Source of the DNA: Blastocatellia bacterium
GTDB taxonomy: Bacteria > Acidobacteriota > Blastocatellia > UBA7656
Assembly: GCA_963765495.1 (NCBI GenBank)
Contig: CAVXWP010000007.1
Span: 288,001 to 352,000, forward strand
Direction: 5' to 3'
Length of the DNA stretch: 64,000 nt
The position numbers and the translations under genes are program-made. The notes under the pieces are model-generated. The model saw only the letters and a program-made list of their open reading frames with translations, was not told the origin of the DNA and made no database searches. Each line of letters starts with the position of its first letter. Positions within the stretch are counted from its first letter, which is position 1. Positions 47,564-56,220 of the stretch are shown here, piece by piece.

Positions 47564-48721
47564 TCAGGCGAGCGCCTTGACTATGCGTTCGGCGGCGGCT
47601 TCGAGCAGGTGATCTTCGCGGGCGAAACACAACCGCATATAAACATCTTGATCGGGGTCATCCATGAAGGCGCTTCCGGGCACTCCGGCCACACCAGCCT
47701 CCTTCATCAAAAACTCGTTGAACTCTCCCGCGTCGTCGAATCTTTCGGGGATGCGCGCCCAGATGTAAAAGGTCGAGCGCGAAGGATAGACTCGAAATCC
47801 CGCGCTCTCAAGCGCGTTTGCCAGTATCTCGCGTTTGCGCCCGAAATTCTCTCGCATGCGCTGATAATATTCAGGCTCGGCCAGCAGGACTCGCGCGAGC
47901 GCATGCTGGAACGGCGTCGGCGTGCAAACATAATAGACGTTTCCGAGCGCGGCAAGCGGGCCTGTGAGCGCGCCGGGTCCGTAAAGATAGCCGAGTCTCC
48001 AACCCGAAACCGCCCATGATTTTGAAAACGAGTTCACCGTGATCGTGCGCTCGAACGCGCCGTCGAGTGAAGCGGGCGAGATGTGATCGGATTGTTCCAG
48101 AGTGAAGTGCTCATAGACCTCGTCGGAGATCAGCATCAGGTCAAATTCTTCGGCGCATTTGACTATGGATTGCAACTCTTCGCGGTTGAATACGCGCCCC
48201 GTAGGGTTGGCGGGCGAGCTGACCAGGATGGCTTTTATTGGATACTGCGTTCTTTTTTTACCTTCTCGGCAGACGCTTCGCAGTTCGTCTATGTCGAGAT
48301 CCAGATTGTCGCCGCGAAGCTTGACCACGTCTGTCCGCGCATCGCAGGTCGCCAGCGTCTTTTTATGATAAGGGTAATATGGCTCAAACAGCACCGCCGA
48401 AGCTCCGCGCAGATATGTGTGCGCGGAGATGACCAGGCCGCCCGTCGCGCCCGGCGTAATTATCAATTCGAGGGGCCGCTTGTCGGGATCGACTGTGACC
48501 CCGTTGTAGAACCGCACCTTCTCAGCGACCGCGCTCCTGAGCGGGGCCACTCCCTCAAAAAAGCTGTAGGAATTCAATCCCTCGGCTACTACATCGTTGA
48601 GGGCGCGAGCAAGGTCAGGGTGGATTGCGACATCATTTTGCCCCTGAACGAGATTGCCGCTTGGCGGAATCATTCGCGCGATGGCTCGAATATCGGGCTG
48701 GACTCTCTTTTTACTTTGCAA
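47564..48721 (-). CDS. PLP-dependent aminotransferase class I/II
   Basis: SPANPTG, SDEVY, SFSKSWAVSGWRLG. Confidence 0.94.
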   Translation of the reverse strand: MQSKKRVQPDIRAIARMIPPSGNLVQGQNDVAIHPDLARALNDVVAEGLNSYSFFEGVAPLRSAVAEKVRFYNGVTVDPDKRPLELIITPGATGGLVISAHTYLRGASAVLFEPYYPYHKKTLATCDARTDVVKLRGDNLDLDIDELRSVCREGKKRTQYPIKAILVSSPANPTGRVFNREELQSIVKCAEEFDLMLISDEVYEHFTLEQSDHISPASLDGAFERTITVNSFSKSWAVSGWRLGYLYGPGALTGPLAALGNVYYVCTPTPFQHALARVLLAEPEYYQRMRENFGRKREILANALESAGFRVYPSRSTFYIWARIPERFDDAGEFNEFLMKEAGVAGVPGSAFMDDPDQDVYMRLCFAREDHLLEAAAERIVKALA

Positions 48722-49019
48722 AATGAACCTCCATTATCGCTATACAGGCGCAAGGCTTTGGTCGTTGCGCCGGGAAGAATACAAAATGGTAAAGCCCCGG
48801 TCCCGGATATTGCAAGATGAAACCGAAAAAACAAGTTTTACAAATGTGTTGTGAGGCCATTTGAGTCTTGCCTCCCGGGACCGAAGAATTATATCCTATT
48901 ACTACACCGGAACAATAAATCAGGAGACGATGTAACTGTAGCGGTGCAGGTTTCAGCCCTCCTGAAAAGAATTCTAAGGATGCCGCAAACGGCATACATT
49001 AAGCGCGTGGTAGAGGTAT

Positions 49020-49910
49020 ATGGAGAAAAGTAAGAGTAACCTGATCACTCGGCGTCAGGCAATAATATCGCTTGCAGCGATAACGGCCGGGACTCTCATC
49101 AAGCCCACATCCATTCTGGGCGCAACACCTGTTAAAGACAAATTGAGATTTGCGATCCTGGGCGACTGGGGCACAGGCGACGGCGACGGATACAGCCTAG
49201 CCAGGCAGATGTGCGACACGCATCGCCGCTCGGCATTCGATTTCGTCATCGGCGCAGGCGATAACATCTATCCAAACGGCAACGGCAAATACTTCTCAAA
49301 GAATTTCGAGCAACCGTTTGCCGGATTGCTAAACGACCGCATCAGCTTTCACACGGTACTTGGAAATCACGACGTAACTGACGGGCGACAGGACCAGTGC
49401 CAGTACCCGCTCTTCAATATGGGTGGGCACTGTTACTACAAGATGAGCAAGGGCGACGGGCTGGTGGATTTTTTCATGCTCGATTCGACCGATTACGATA
49501 ATGCGCAGGCAGCATGGTTTGAAGAGGCTCTGCGCGCCTCCACGGCTAAGTGGAAGATAACCGTTTTCCACCACCCCATCTATTCATCAGGCAAAAAGCA
49601 CGGGTCGGATATGGGGTTGCGCAGAAAGATCGAGCCTTTGCTCACAAAGTATAAAGTCAACGCGGTCTTTTCCGGCCACGACCATATTTATGAGCGCACC
49701 ACTTTGCAAACCGGAGTCCAGTACTTCGTCACGGGCGCGGGCGGAAAGACCCGTCGCGGCGATGTGGATATGAAGTGCGATTTCCGCGCGGCAAGCTACG
49801 ATGAGGACAATCACTTCATGCTGCTCGAAGTGGGCGACAAAGGGATAAATTTCCAGGCCATATCCGAAAAAGGCGACATCGTTGATAGCGGCGCGATAGA
49901 ACAAAGCTGA
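49020..49910 (+). CDS. Tat-exported calcineurin-like metallophosphoesterase (purple acid phosphatase-like)
   Basis: TRRQAI twin-Arg signal; GDWG, GDNIY, GNHD, HHP, GHDH. Confidence 0.92.
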   Translation: MEKSKSNLITRRQAIISLAAITAGTLIKPTSILGATPVKDKLRFAILGDWGTGDGDGYSLARQMCDTHRRSAFDFVIGAGDNIYPNGNGKYFSKNFEQPFAGLLNDRISFHTVLGNHDVTDGRQDQCQYPLFNMGGHCYYKMSKGDGLVDFFMLDSTDYDNAQAAWFEEALRASTAKWKITVFHHPIYSSGKKHGSDMGLRRKIEPLLTKYKVNAVFSGHDHIYERTTLQTGVQYFVTGAGGKTRRGDVDMKCDFRAASYDEDNHFMLLEVGDKGINFQAISEKGDIVDSGAIEQS

Positions 49911-49952
49911 GCCGGTCACGGCTTTTGTATCAGCCGACAACACAGGCCAAAA

Positions 49953-50012
49953 CGTCAGACACACGGGGATGCCAGACAGGTTCTCCGTGTGTTTGACGCT
50001 TTCGTCTCTTTT
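49953..50012 (+). terminator. 17-bp stem hairpin after the phosphatase gene
   Basis: cgtcagacacacgggga / tctccgtgtgtttgacg followed by a T-rich tract. Confidence 0.6.
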
Positions 50013-50054
50013 ATGTAGTCCTTTATTGACTCCTGCAATCCTGCGTGGTTTCAT

Positions 50055-50149
50055 CTAAATCGAAATGCACAAGATAGGTATAAATGAATTTGCCTTTCAT
50101 TCAAATTCATTTGCACCTATCTCTTGCGGAATGATTTAGCCTGTATAAT
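50055..50149. promoter_or_regulatory. 85-bp imperfect inverted repeat plus TATAAT upstream of the TIR pair
   Basis: Inner arms agataggtataaatgaatttg (50072-50092) / caaattcatttgcacctatct (50102-50122); outer ctaaatc/gatttag; TATAAT at 50144-50149. Confidence 0.7.
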
Positions 50150-50189
50150 CGCGATCAATCTTTCCGAGCGGATTTCGGAGGCGAGGCGA

Positions 50190-50627
50190 ATGCCAAGGCA
50201 GGGCAGCAAGCAGAAGCTGAAACAGAGTGCTACAGCGGCATCTTATGTGATATTCATAAGTCACTCATCCTCTGATTTGTGGATCGCCTCAGTCATGGCT
50301 GAAAAGGTTACCGCTCTGGGCGCTGAACCGTGGCTTGATGAAAAGGACATAAAAGGCGGGGATGATATTTTAGAGACGATAAAGGAAGGAATTGACACCT
50401 GTCACGAAGCGATAGTTCTCGTATCGCCCGCCAGCGTAAACTCGCACTGGGTCGTTTTCGAAATAGGGGCGGCTTATGGTCAGCATAAACGCGTGACCCC
50501 GGTCTTAAATCACGTTTCCGCTGATTCGATTGCTCCCATCAAGGGGCTGAAAGCAATCGAGCTTAATAAATTCGATCAGTTCCTGATACAATTGAAGAAA
50601 CGAATTGACTCGCATTCGAAAGGCTGA
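50190..50627 (+). CDS. Stand-alone TIR domain protein with catalytic Glu
   Basis: IFISHSSSD, WLDE.DI.GGD, VLVSPASVNSHWVVFEIGAA; GGAGG RBS before ATG 50190. Confidence 0.92.
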   Translation: MPRQGSKQKLKQSATAASYVIFISHSSSDLWIASVMAEKVTALGAEPWLDEKDIKGGDDILETIKEGIDTCHEAIVLVSPASVNSHWVVFEIGAAYGQHKRVTPVLNHVSADSIAPIKGLKAIELNKFDQFLIQLKKRIDSHSKG

Positions 50628-50645
50628 AAGCGATAAGGTATCGGT

Positions 50646-51047
50646 ATGGCATACAAAGTCTTTATAAGCTCAACGTCAAGGGATATCGATCTGGCCAGAG
50701 ACCTTGCTCAAAGGCTCGACAAAACGGATGCAAAAGTCTCTTTGTCTTCGGCGGAGGCCGCTTCGAATGAGGAGCCTGTAATAACCGGCGTCGGGCGCGC
50801 ATTGCGTGAGGCTGATGAAGTCATACTCATACTGACCAATAACGCGGTCAACAACTCCGGGGTGCTGTTTGATATGGGGGCCGCCTTCTCAATGCGGAAA
50901 CGTGTTACGCCTGTGGTTATCGGAGTCGAGCCTGATGATCTTCCGCCAGTTATTAAGCAGATGCCTTACGTTAAGTACGGGGACCTGCAAAATTTTCTTG
51001 CAGACCTTGAAAAGCGCGCCAGCATATCCGAGGCCCAACCTGCCTGA
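50646..51047 (+). CDS. Stand-alone TIR domain protein, degenerate active site (Glu to Asp)
   Basis: KVFISSTSRD, LILTNNAVNNSGVLFDMGAA, KRVTPV shared with the first TIR. Confidence 0.85.
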   Translation: MAYKVFISSTSRDIDLARDLAQRLDKTDAKVSLSSAEAASNEEPVITGVGRALREADEVILILTNNAVNNSGVLFDMGAAFSMRKRVTPVVIGVEPDDLPPVIKQMPYVKYGDLQNFLADLEKRASISEAQPA

Positions 51048-51107
51048 GACTATCAAGATATGCGCTGATCGCGGCAAGAAACCCGAACCGTTTATCCGCC
51101 GGATCGT

Positions 51108-51722
51108 TTATCCGCCGGTCGCGCCCGCGGCTTCCGTATCTTCGAGCATTCCACGCCCGGTCAACAGGTGAGCGCCGTTTTGTGACATCTCTTTGAGTGC
51201 CTTCGCTCCGTCATCGGGATGGACATTCACCGCCCGCACCCCGTCCGTAATCACGTAAACGTCGTAGCCCAGTTTCAAACCATCCAGCACCGTCGCGCGC
51301 ACACAGTAATCTGTCGCAAGCCCCGCTACGTACAGCCTTTCGATGTTACGGGTTTTGAGCACCTCATCGAGCGAACGCCCCGCTTTGTCTCTTCCTTCGA
51401 ATTCGGAGTAAGCATCCCGTTCGACTGTATCGGCCTTGCGAAAATAAAGGTCTATTTCGGCTTGATTCAATCGCGTATGGAGTTCAGCGCCCGGCGTTCC
51501 CTGTACGCAATGCGGAGGCCAGGGGCCGCCCTGTTGCTTGAAAGATATGTGATTTGCAGGATGCCAGTCTATGCCTGAAACGACGAGTGGAAACTCGGGA
51601 ATCAACCTGTTGACTATATCAATAATCTGATCTCCCTCAGAAACGGACAGCGCGCCGCCGGGGCAGAAATCGTTTTGAATATCGACCAGCAACAGCGCAG
51701 AATTTTCAAACCGACTCTTCAT
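51108..51722 (-). CDS. pncA: Nicotinamidase/pyrazinamidase
   Basis: VDIQNDFCPGGAL, DWHP..H, WPPHCV, RK, GLATDYCV. Confidence 0.95.
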   Translation of the reverse strand: MKSRFENSALLLVDIQNDFCPGGALSVSEGDQIIDIVNRLIPEFPLVVSGIDWHPANHISFKQQGGPWPPHCVQGTPGAELHTRLNQAEIDLYFRKADTVERDAYSEFEGRDKAGRSLDEVLKTRNIERLYVAGLATDYCVRATVLDGLKLGYDVYVITDGVRAVNVHPDDGAKALKEMSQNGAHLLTGRGMLEDTEAAGATGG

Positions 51723-51779
51723 ATCAAACCCTCCTGATTAATAGTATACAGGCGAGCGGAAGGATTGCTATCCTCCGGC

Positions 51780-53225
51780 TCATGCGCGTGAACGGCGCGC
51801 ATCCGTGATTTCCGCTTTCAGTCGCTCACGTTCTTTTTCGAGTCGCTCGCTATGTCTTACCGGGTATCGTGCCTCTGAATCAAGGGCGAGCAAATCTTCC
51901 GGCAATCGTTTTAATTCATCAGCCGCTCGCGCCTGTGCTCGATTCAAACGCAAAAGCCGCGCCTGTCTGACCCTCTGCGGTTCATCGCCCTCCGAATTCG
52001 CGCGCGGAAGCTGCGCTTCCACACGCTGCCCCGCTTTCATTACCTGTTCGAGAAGCGGGTGCCAGAGTGCGCCCGTCTCTTTTGTCTCAAAGGGGTGATC
52101 TGAATCGGCGAGCGTAATCATATCCCGGTTGTATTTACCTGTTTCGTCTGTCATCCGCCATATCTGTTTTGGACCGGGATAGGTAGACTTGTCTGCGCTC
52201 AACTTGATCTTCATATCTATGTGGCCGTCTCTGATCATCCCGACCAGTTTATAGACTCCGGCAAGCGCGGGCGCATCAGCCGAGGTGGCAAGCTCGGTCC
52301 CGACGCCGAAGGCATCTATTCTGGCTCCTCTCAAAAGCAGATCATTGATTCGGTATTCGTTGAGGTCGCTGCTTGCGAGTATCTTTGTCTTGATCATCCC
52401 GCCCCGGTCGAGTATCTCTCTTGCGCGAATGCTCAACTCGCATAGATCGCCGCTGTCGAGTCTTATAGCCGAAACCGCCTCCTTGAAATCGCGGGTCAAT
52501 CGCTCGACCGCCGCAACCGTGTCATAGGTGTCAACCAGGATAGTGGCCGTGTCAGGAAAGACTTTGAGGAAAGCTCGGAACGCTTCGTCTTCTTTATCAA
52601 ACACCATAACGAAAGAGTGTGCGAGCGTGCCAAGCGTAGGTATCCCGAACAGGTAACCGGCCTCCACATTTGATGTGCCGTCGCATCCGGCGATATAGGC
52701 GGCGCGGGCGGCAAACAATCCGGCTTCGGTTCCGTGCGCCCGCCGGGTGCCGAATTCTATTACGTTCCGGCCACGCGCCGCCGTAACCACGCGAGCCGCT
52801 TTACTTGCGATCATTGTTTGAAAATTGATGGTCGAAAGCAGGAAAGTCTCTATTACCTGCGCTTCGATTATGGGCGCTTCAACTCGCACAAGCGGCTCCA
52901 TCGCAAAGACGGCGGTCCCTTCCGGCACGGCCCAGAGATCGCCTGTGAATTTGAACTGCGCGAGATAATCAAAGAATTCTTTGCTGACGTGTTTGAACCC
53001 GGGATGTTCGCGCAGATAGGCGATCTGCTCACCGGTGAATTTCAGACTCGCCAGGTAATCTATCGCCTGTTCCAATCCCGCTGCTATCAGGTATGTGCGA
53101 TTTGCCGGAAGCCTGCGCGCCAATAGCTCAAAGATGGCCCGGTCGTCGATACGATTATCAAAGTAGGCGGCGGCCATCGTCAGTTCGTAGAGGTCGGTTG
53201 CCAGTGCCGGAGCGCGTTCAATCAT
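51780..53225 (-). CDS. pncB: Nicotinate phosphoribosyltransferase
   Basis: TDLYELTM, EFGTRRAHG, TSNV, GTLAHS, LVDTYD, RLDSGD, FGVGT, VYKL; true start about 53225. Confidence 0.96.
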   Translation of the reverse strand: MIERAPALATDLYELTMAAAYFDNRIDDRAIFELLARRLPANRTYLIAAGLEQAIDYLASLKFTGEQIAYLREHPGFKHVSKEFFDYLAQFKFTGDLWAVPEGTAVFAMEPLVRVEAPIIEAQVIETFLLSTINFQTMIASKAARVVTAARGRNVIEFGTRRAHGTEAGLFAARAAYIAGCDGTSNVEAGYLFGIPTLGTLAHSFVMVFDKEDEAFRAFLKVFPDTATILVDTYDTVAAVERLTRDFKEAVSAIRLDSGDLCELSIRAREILDRGGMIKTKILASSDLNEYRINDLLLRGARIDAFGVGTELATSADAPALAGVYKLVGMIRDGHIDMKIKLSADKSTYPGPKQIWRMTDETGKYNRDMITLADSDHPFETKETGALWHPLLEQVMKAGQRVEAQLPRANSEGDEPQRVRQARLLRLNRAQARAADELKRLPEDLLALDSEARYPVRHSERLEKERERLKAEITDARRSRA

Positions 53226-53375
53226 AAGCCAGTTTACCACGGATACTACTGACCTAAGAGCGAAAACATAAACTAAATCAGAAGCGATCCCCCCGGCTTG
53301 AGTGTTTCTCGCGTGCCGGTTACAATCGCCAGCCTGAGAGGTTTTTCTAAACTGTGAGAGACGTTTTTCAAAGGG

Positions 53376-53810
53376 ATGAACAAAGCCACAAAGAACAAAC
53401 CGGCCGTCTCCGATAGAGTTTCTGAAGCGCGCGTCAGGGTTCGTTATGCCGAAACCGACCAGATGGGCATGGCTTATTATGCAAATTACCTGGTGTGGTT
53501 CGAGGTAGGCCGCAGCCAGTTTTGCAACGATTGCGGGTTCTCTTATCGCGATATGGAAAAAGAGACGCAACTGTTTTTGACCGTGGCCGAGGCCAACTGC
53601 CGCTACATGACACCGGCTCGTTACGAAGATGAGTTGATCATTCGGACGAGGGTCATCGAACTTACGCGGAGGACCGTCAGATTCAGCTACGAGCTTGAGC
53701 GAACGGACGGCTACGTGGTAGCAATCGGTCAGACGCTCCACGTACTGATCAACGTCGAGGGACGCCCCTCGAGTATGCCGGAAAAATATCTGTCAATGCT
53801 CGGAAAGTAG
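53376..53810 (+). CDS. Acyl-CoA thioesterase (YbgC/4HBT hot-dog fold)
   Basis: VRYAETDQMG..YYANYLVWFEVGR. Confidence 0.93.
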   Translation: MNKATKNKPAVSDRVSEARVRVRYAETDQMGMAYYANYLVWFEVGRSQFCNDCGFSYRDMEKETQLFLTVAEANCRYMTPARYEDELIIRTRVIELTRRTVRFSYELERTDGYVVAIGQTLHVLINVEGRPSSMPEKYLSMLGK

Positions 53811-53812
53811 AT

Positions 53813-53917
53813 GGGGGTCGGGAGCCGGGGATCTCATTTCAATTATGAATTACTATCTTGAGTCAACACCTCGCATTTTCAGGTTCCCGGCCCCCGGCCC
53901 CCGACCCCCGGCCCCCG
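53813..53917. repeat. Inverted heptamer arrays (GGGGYCG / CGRCCCC)
   Basis: ggggtcgggagccgggg ... cccggcccccggcccccgacccccggccccc. Confidence 0.8.
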
Positions 53918-53920
53918 CTT

Positions 53921-54763
53921 ATGGATAGGCTGATTTATCACAACGACCGGATAGTTGATGCGGCTGAGGCGGAGGTTCTGCCCACGCTTGCGGGCGCGCT
54001 ATATGGCTGGGGGGTGTTTACAACCGCGCGCATCTACGAGGGGAAAGTGTTTGCCTTCGAGCGCCATTGGGAACGCATCACGCGTGACGGGGAAAAGGCG
54101 CGCATCAGCGTGCCGTTTGAACTTGAGCAGGCAAGGCGCGCCGTTGATGAATTGGTAGAAGCAAATAAGGCGCGGGAGGGAAGGGTGCGGCTCACCTTGC
54201 TTAAAGGCGAGGCCGGCGGATGGCGCATCGAGCCGGGACGCGAATCCGAGTTCTTCATCTTTACTTCATCTGAAACCATCCGGCCACGTCGCGAAACTGC
54301 CATCACTATGTCGCCTTATCGCATGCTTTCATTCGGCCCTCTGGCAGGCGTAAAACGAACGGCGATGCTTGAGAATCTGCTCGCGCTGGAAGAGGCCCGT
54401 TCGCGTGGATTCGCCGAAGCCGTCATGCTGAACGAGCGCGGAGAGATGGTCAGCGTGACCTCGGCAAACCTCTTCTGGATTGAACGAGACGAACTCTATA
54501 CGCCTTCGCCCGCTACGGGGTGCATCGCCGGAGTGACACGCGCCCTTGTCTGCGAGACCGCTCGAAAGATGGGCATACACGTGGTTGAGGGCAGCTTTAC
54601 AGTTCAGAGCCTGCTAGACGCAAACGAAGTCTTTTTGACATCCACCACCCGCGAGATTTCATCCGTTACGAGCTTTGATATAAAAGAGTATGACCACAAA
54701 CTCGCCCGCCTGACCCGTCACATCAACCGGGAATTTCAAAAACTCTTACGCCGTGGACGGTAA
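53921..54763 (+). CDS. Aminotransferase class IV (IlvE/PabC-like)
   Basis: YGWGVFTT, H..R, GVKR (PLP Lys), SANLF, IAGVTR, EVFLTST. Confidence 0.9.
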   Translation: MDRLIYHNDRIVDAAEAEVLPTLAGALYGWGVFTTARIYEGKVFAFERHWERITRDGEKARISVPFELEQARRAVDELVEANKAREGRVRLTLLKGEAGGWRIEPGRESEFFIFTSSETIRPRRETAITMSPYRMLSFGPLAGVKRTAMLENLLALEEARSRGFAEAVMLNERGEMVSVTSANLFWIERDELYTPSPATGCIAGVTRALVCETARKMGIHVVEGSFTVQSLLDANEVFLTSTTREISSVTSFDIKEYDHKLARLTRHINREFQKLLRRGR

Positions 54764-54820
54764 GCAAGTGCTTCAAGGCCAGGGCCATTCAGTTTTCAAA
54801 GTGTAGATAAGGAAACTGGG

Positions 54821-54888
54821 AATAGACCACGGACGGACGCGGATCGAGCGGATTTACGCGGATCAGTCCCTATTTGATCTAATCCGCG
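54821..54888. repeat. CGCGGAT 9-mer element (partial), same family as 42458 and 57664
   Basis: aatagaccacggacggacgcggatcgagcggatttacgcggatc. Confidence 0.75.
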
Positions 54889-55249
54889 CTAAAAAAGACG
54901 AGCGAAGGGAAGATGTGGAGACTCACCAAATGGCGTGAGTCTCTACACATTTTTTGTGAGTGTACGCACGAAATAAACAGTTAGCGCCTGGGAGCGCAGA
55001 CATCCCCGTCTGCATATCTTGCTTGGAGCGATTACCGCCCTTATTAAACTTGTTGCATACTGCGCCCTGACCACTGACAAAATTGCAGCTTTGTGGTATA
55101 TCTGCGATTGTAATCAGACACGGCCGCAGCCGGGGATTGACGAGCGAATCGGGGTGGTTGCTCAATTCTAAGAAAGGGGGCGGCGCTGCTATCCGGGCAG
55201 AGATGTCTGACCATCTGCCTGCTGCCGGGCGCAGTCGCCGGGATAGTTT

Positions 55250-56212
55250 ATGAAGACCTGTCCAAAATGCGGAGCCGAAAATCTTCAGACGGCTTCCAGT
55301 TGCCGTCTGTGCGCTGTGCCGCTTGAAGCGCCTGAAAGCTTGCTTGGCGTCCGGGCGGACATGCCTTTGTCTGAGCAGTTGCCGTCTATGGATTTGATTT
55401 CGGGGGACGATCCTTCTCATAAATCCGCTCAGGGTTCCTCGTCTCCGATTCGAAATATTTGTCCGGGTTGCAGCACACCCAACGAGCCCGAATGGCTGTT
55501 TTGCCAGCACTGCGGCTCCAGATTGACCGGCGCTCACCAGATCGTCATTTCAGAAGACGATGTGCCTACCGACCCCATGGGCAGGAAAGAGCCCGAGCGC
55601 CAGGAAGTGTCGCCCGCCGAGAGCCTTGCTTCTGAGAAAAAGACGGAGGAACGGCGGGGGTACAAGCCTGAACCGGCGATTCGCCCTCAACCCCGCAAAC
55701 CGCCTGCCGCGCGTCCGGAGCTTGGATTGATTACAAACTTTGATCCGCGCGGAGACGATGAGAATCAGATATTCGTCACCAACGTGGATCATAACCTGGA
55801 TGCCCGCGTAGAGTGCGAATCCTGTGGGGCCACGCAGCACGATGAGGGACCCTTCTGCACAAGTTGTGGCCAGAAGTTGTCGGCGTTTTCTCTGGCCCGG
55901 CAGAAGGCGCAGGAGGTCAGCAGGCCGGTTCCATCTCTTAAATTGATAGTCGAGGGTGGAAAGGAAGGGCAGACGTTTTCACTCAATCACAAGGAAACCC
56001 TGATCGGCAGATCGCAGGGCGACATTACTTTTCCGCATGACGGCTATATGTCGAGCCGTCACTCGATGGTGGTCGAACGCGACGGCCGTTACTTTCTTTT
56101 AGATGAAGACTCTCGCAACGGCACCTTTATACGCATCACGGGTGAGACAGAGCTTCAGCCTGATGATATGTTTCTGGTAGGCAAACAGATATTGCGCTTC
56201 GAAAAATTATAG
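55250..56212 (+). CDS. Triple zinc-ribbon + FHA domain protein
   Basis: CPKC/CRLC, CPGC/CQHC, CESC/CTSC; FHA IGR, SSRH, SRNGTF. Confidence 0.9.
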   Translation: MKTCPKCGAENLQTASSCRLCAVPLEAPESLLGVRADMPLSEQLPSMDLISGDDPSHKSAQGSSSPIRNICPGCSTPNEPEWLFCQHCGSRLTGAHQIVISEDDVPTDPMGRKEPERQEVSPAESLASEKKTEERRGYKPEPAIRPQPRKPPAARPELGLITNFDPRGDDENQIFVTNVDHNLDARVECESCGATQHDEGPFCTSCGQKLSAFSLARQKAQEVSRPVPSLKLIVEGGKEGQTFSLNHKETLIGRSQGDITFPHDGYMSSRHSMVVERDGRYFLLDEDSRNGTFIRITGETELQPDDMFLVGKQILRFEKL

Positions 56213-56220
56213 CCCGCGCC

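Noticed and set aside
50052-50142. Inverted repeat as an integron attC site
   Set aside because: Ends read ATCTAAA/TTTAGCC rather than RYYYAAC/GTTRRRY; no integrase and no second site after the TIR genes.
50124-51047. Calling the TIR pair a Thoeris system
   Set aside because: No ThsA-type effector (SIR2-SLOG or TM-Macro) is present; the upstream phosphoesterase is Tat-exported and separated by a terminator-like hairpin.
53226-53741. 172-aa N-terminal extension of pncB in the ORF track
   Set aside because: It overlaps the divergent thioesterase gene; family similarity starts at MIERAPALATDLY (53225).
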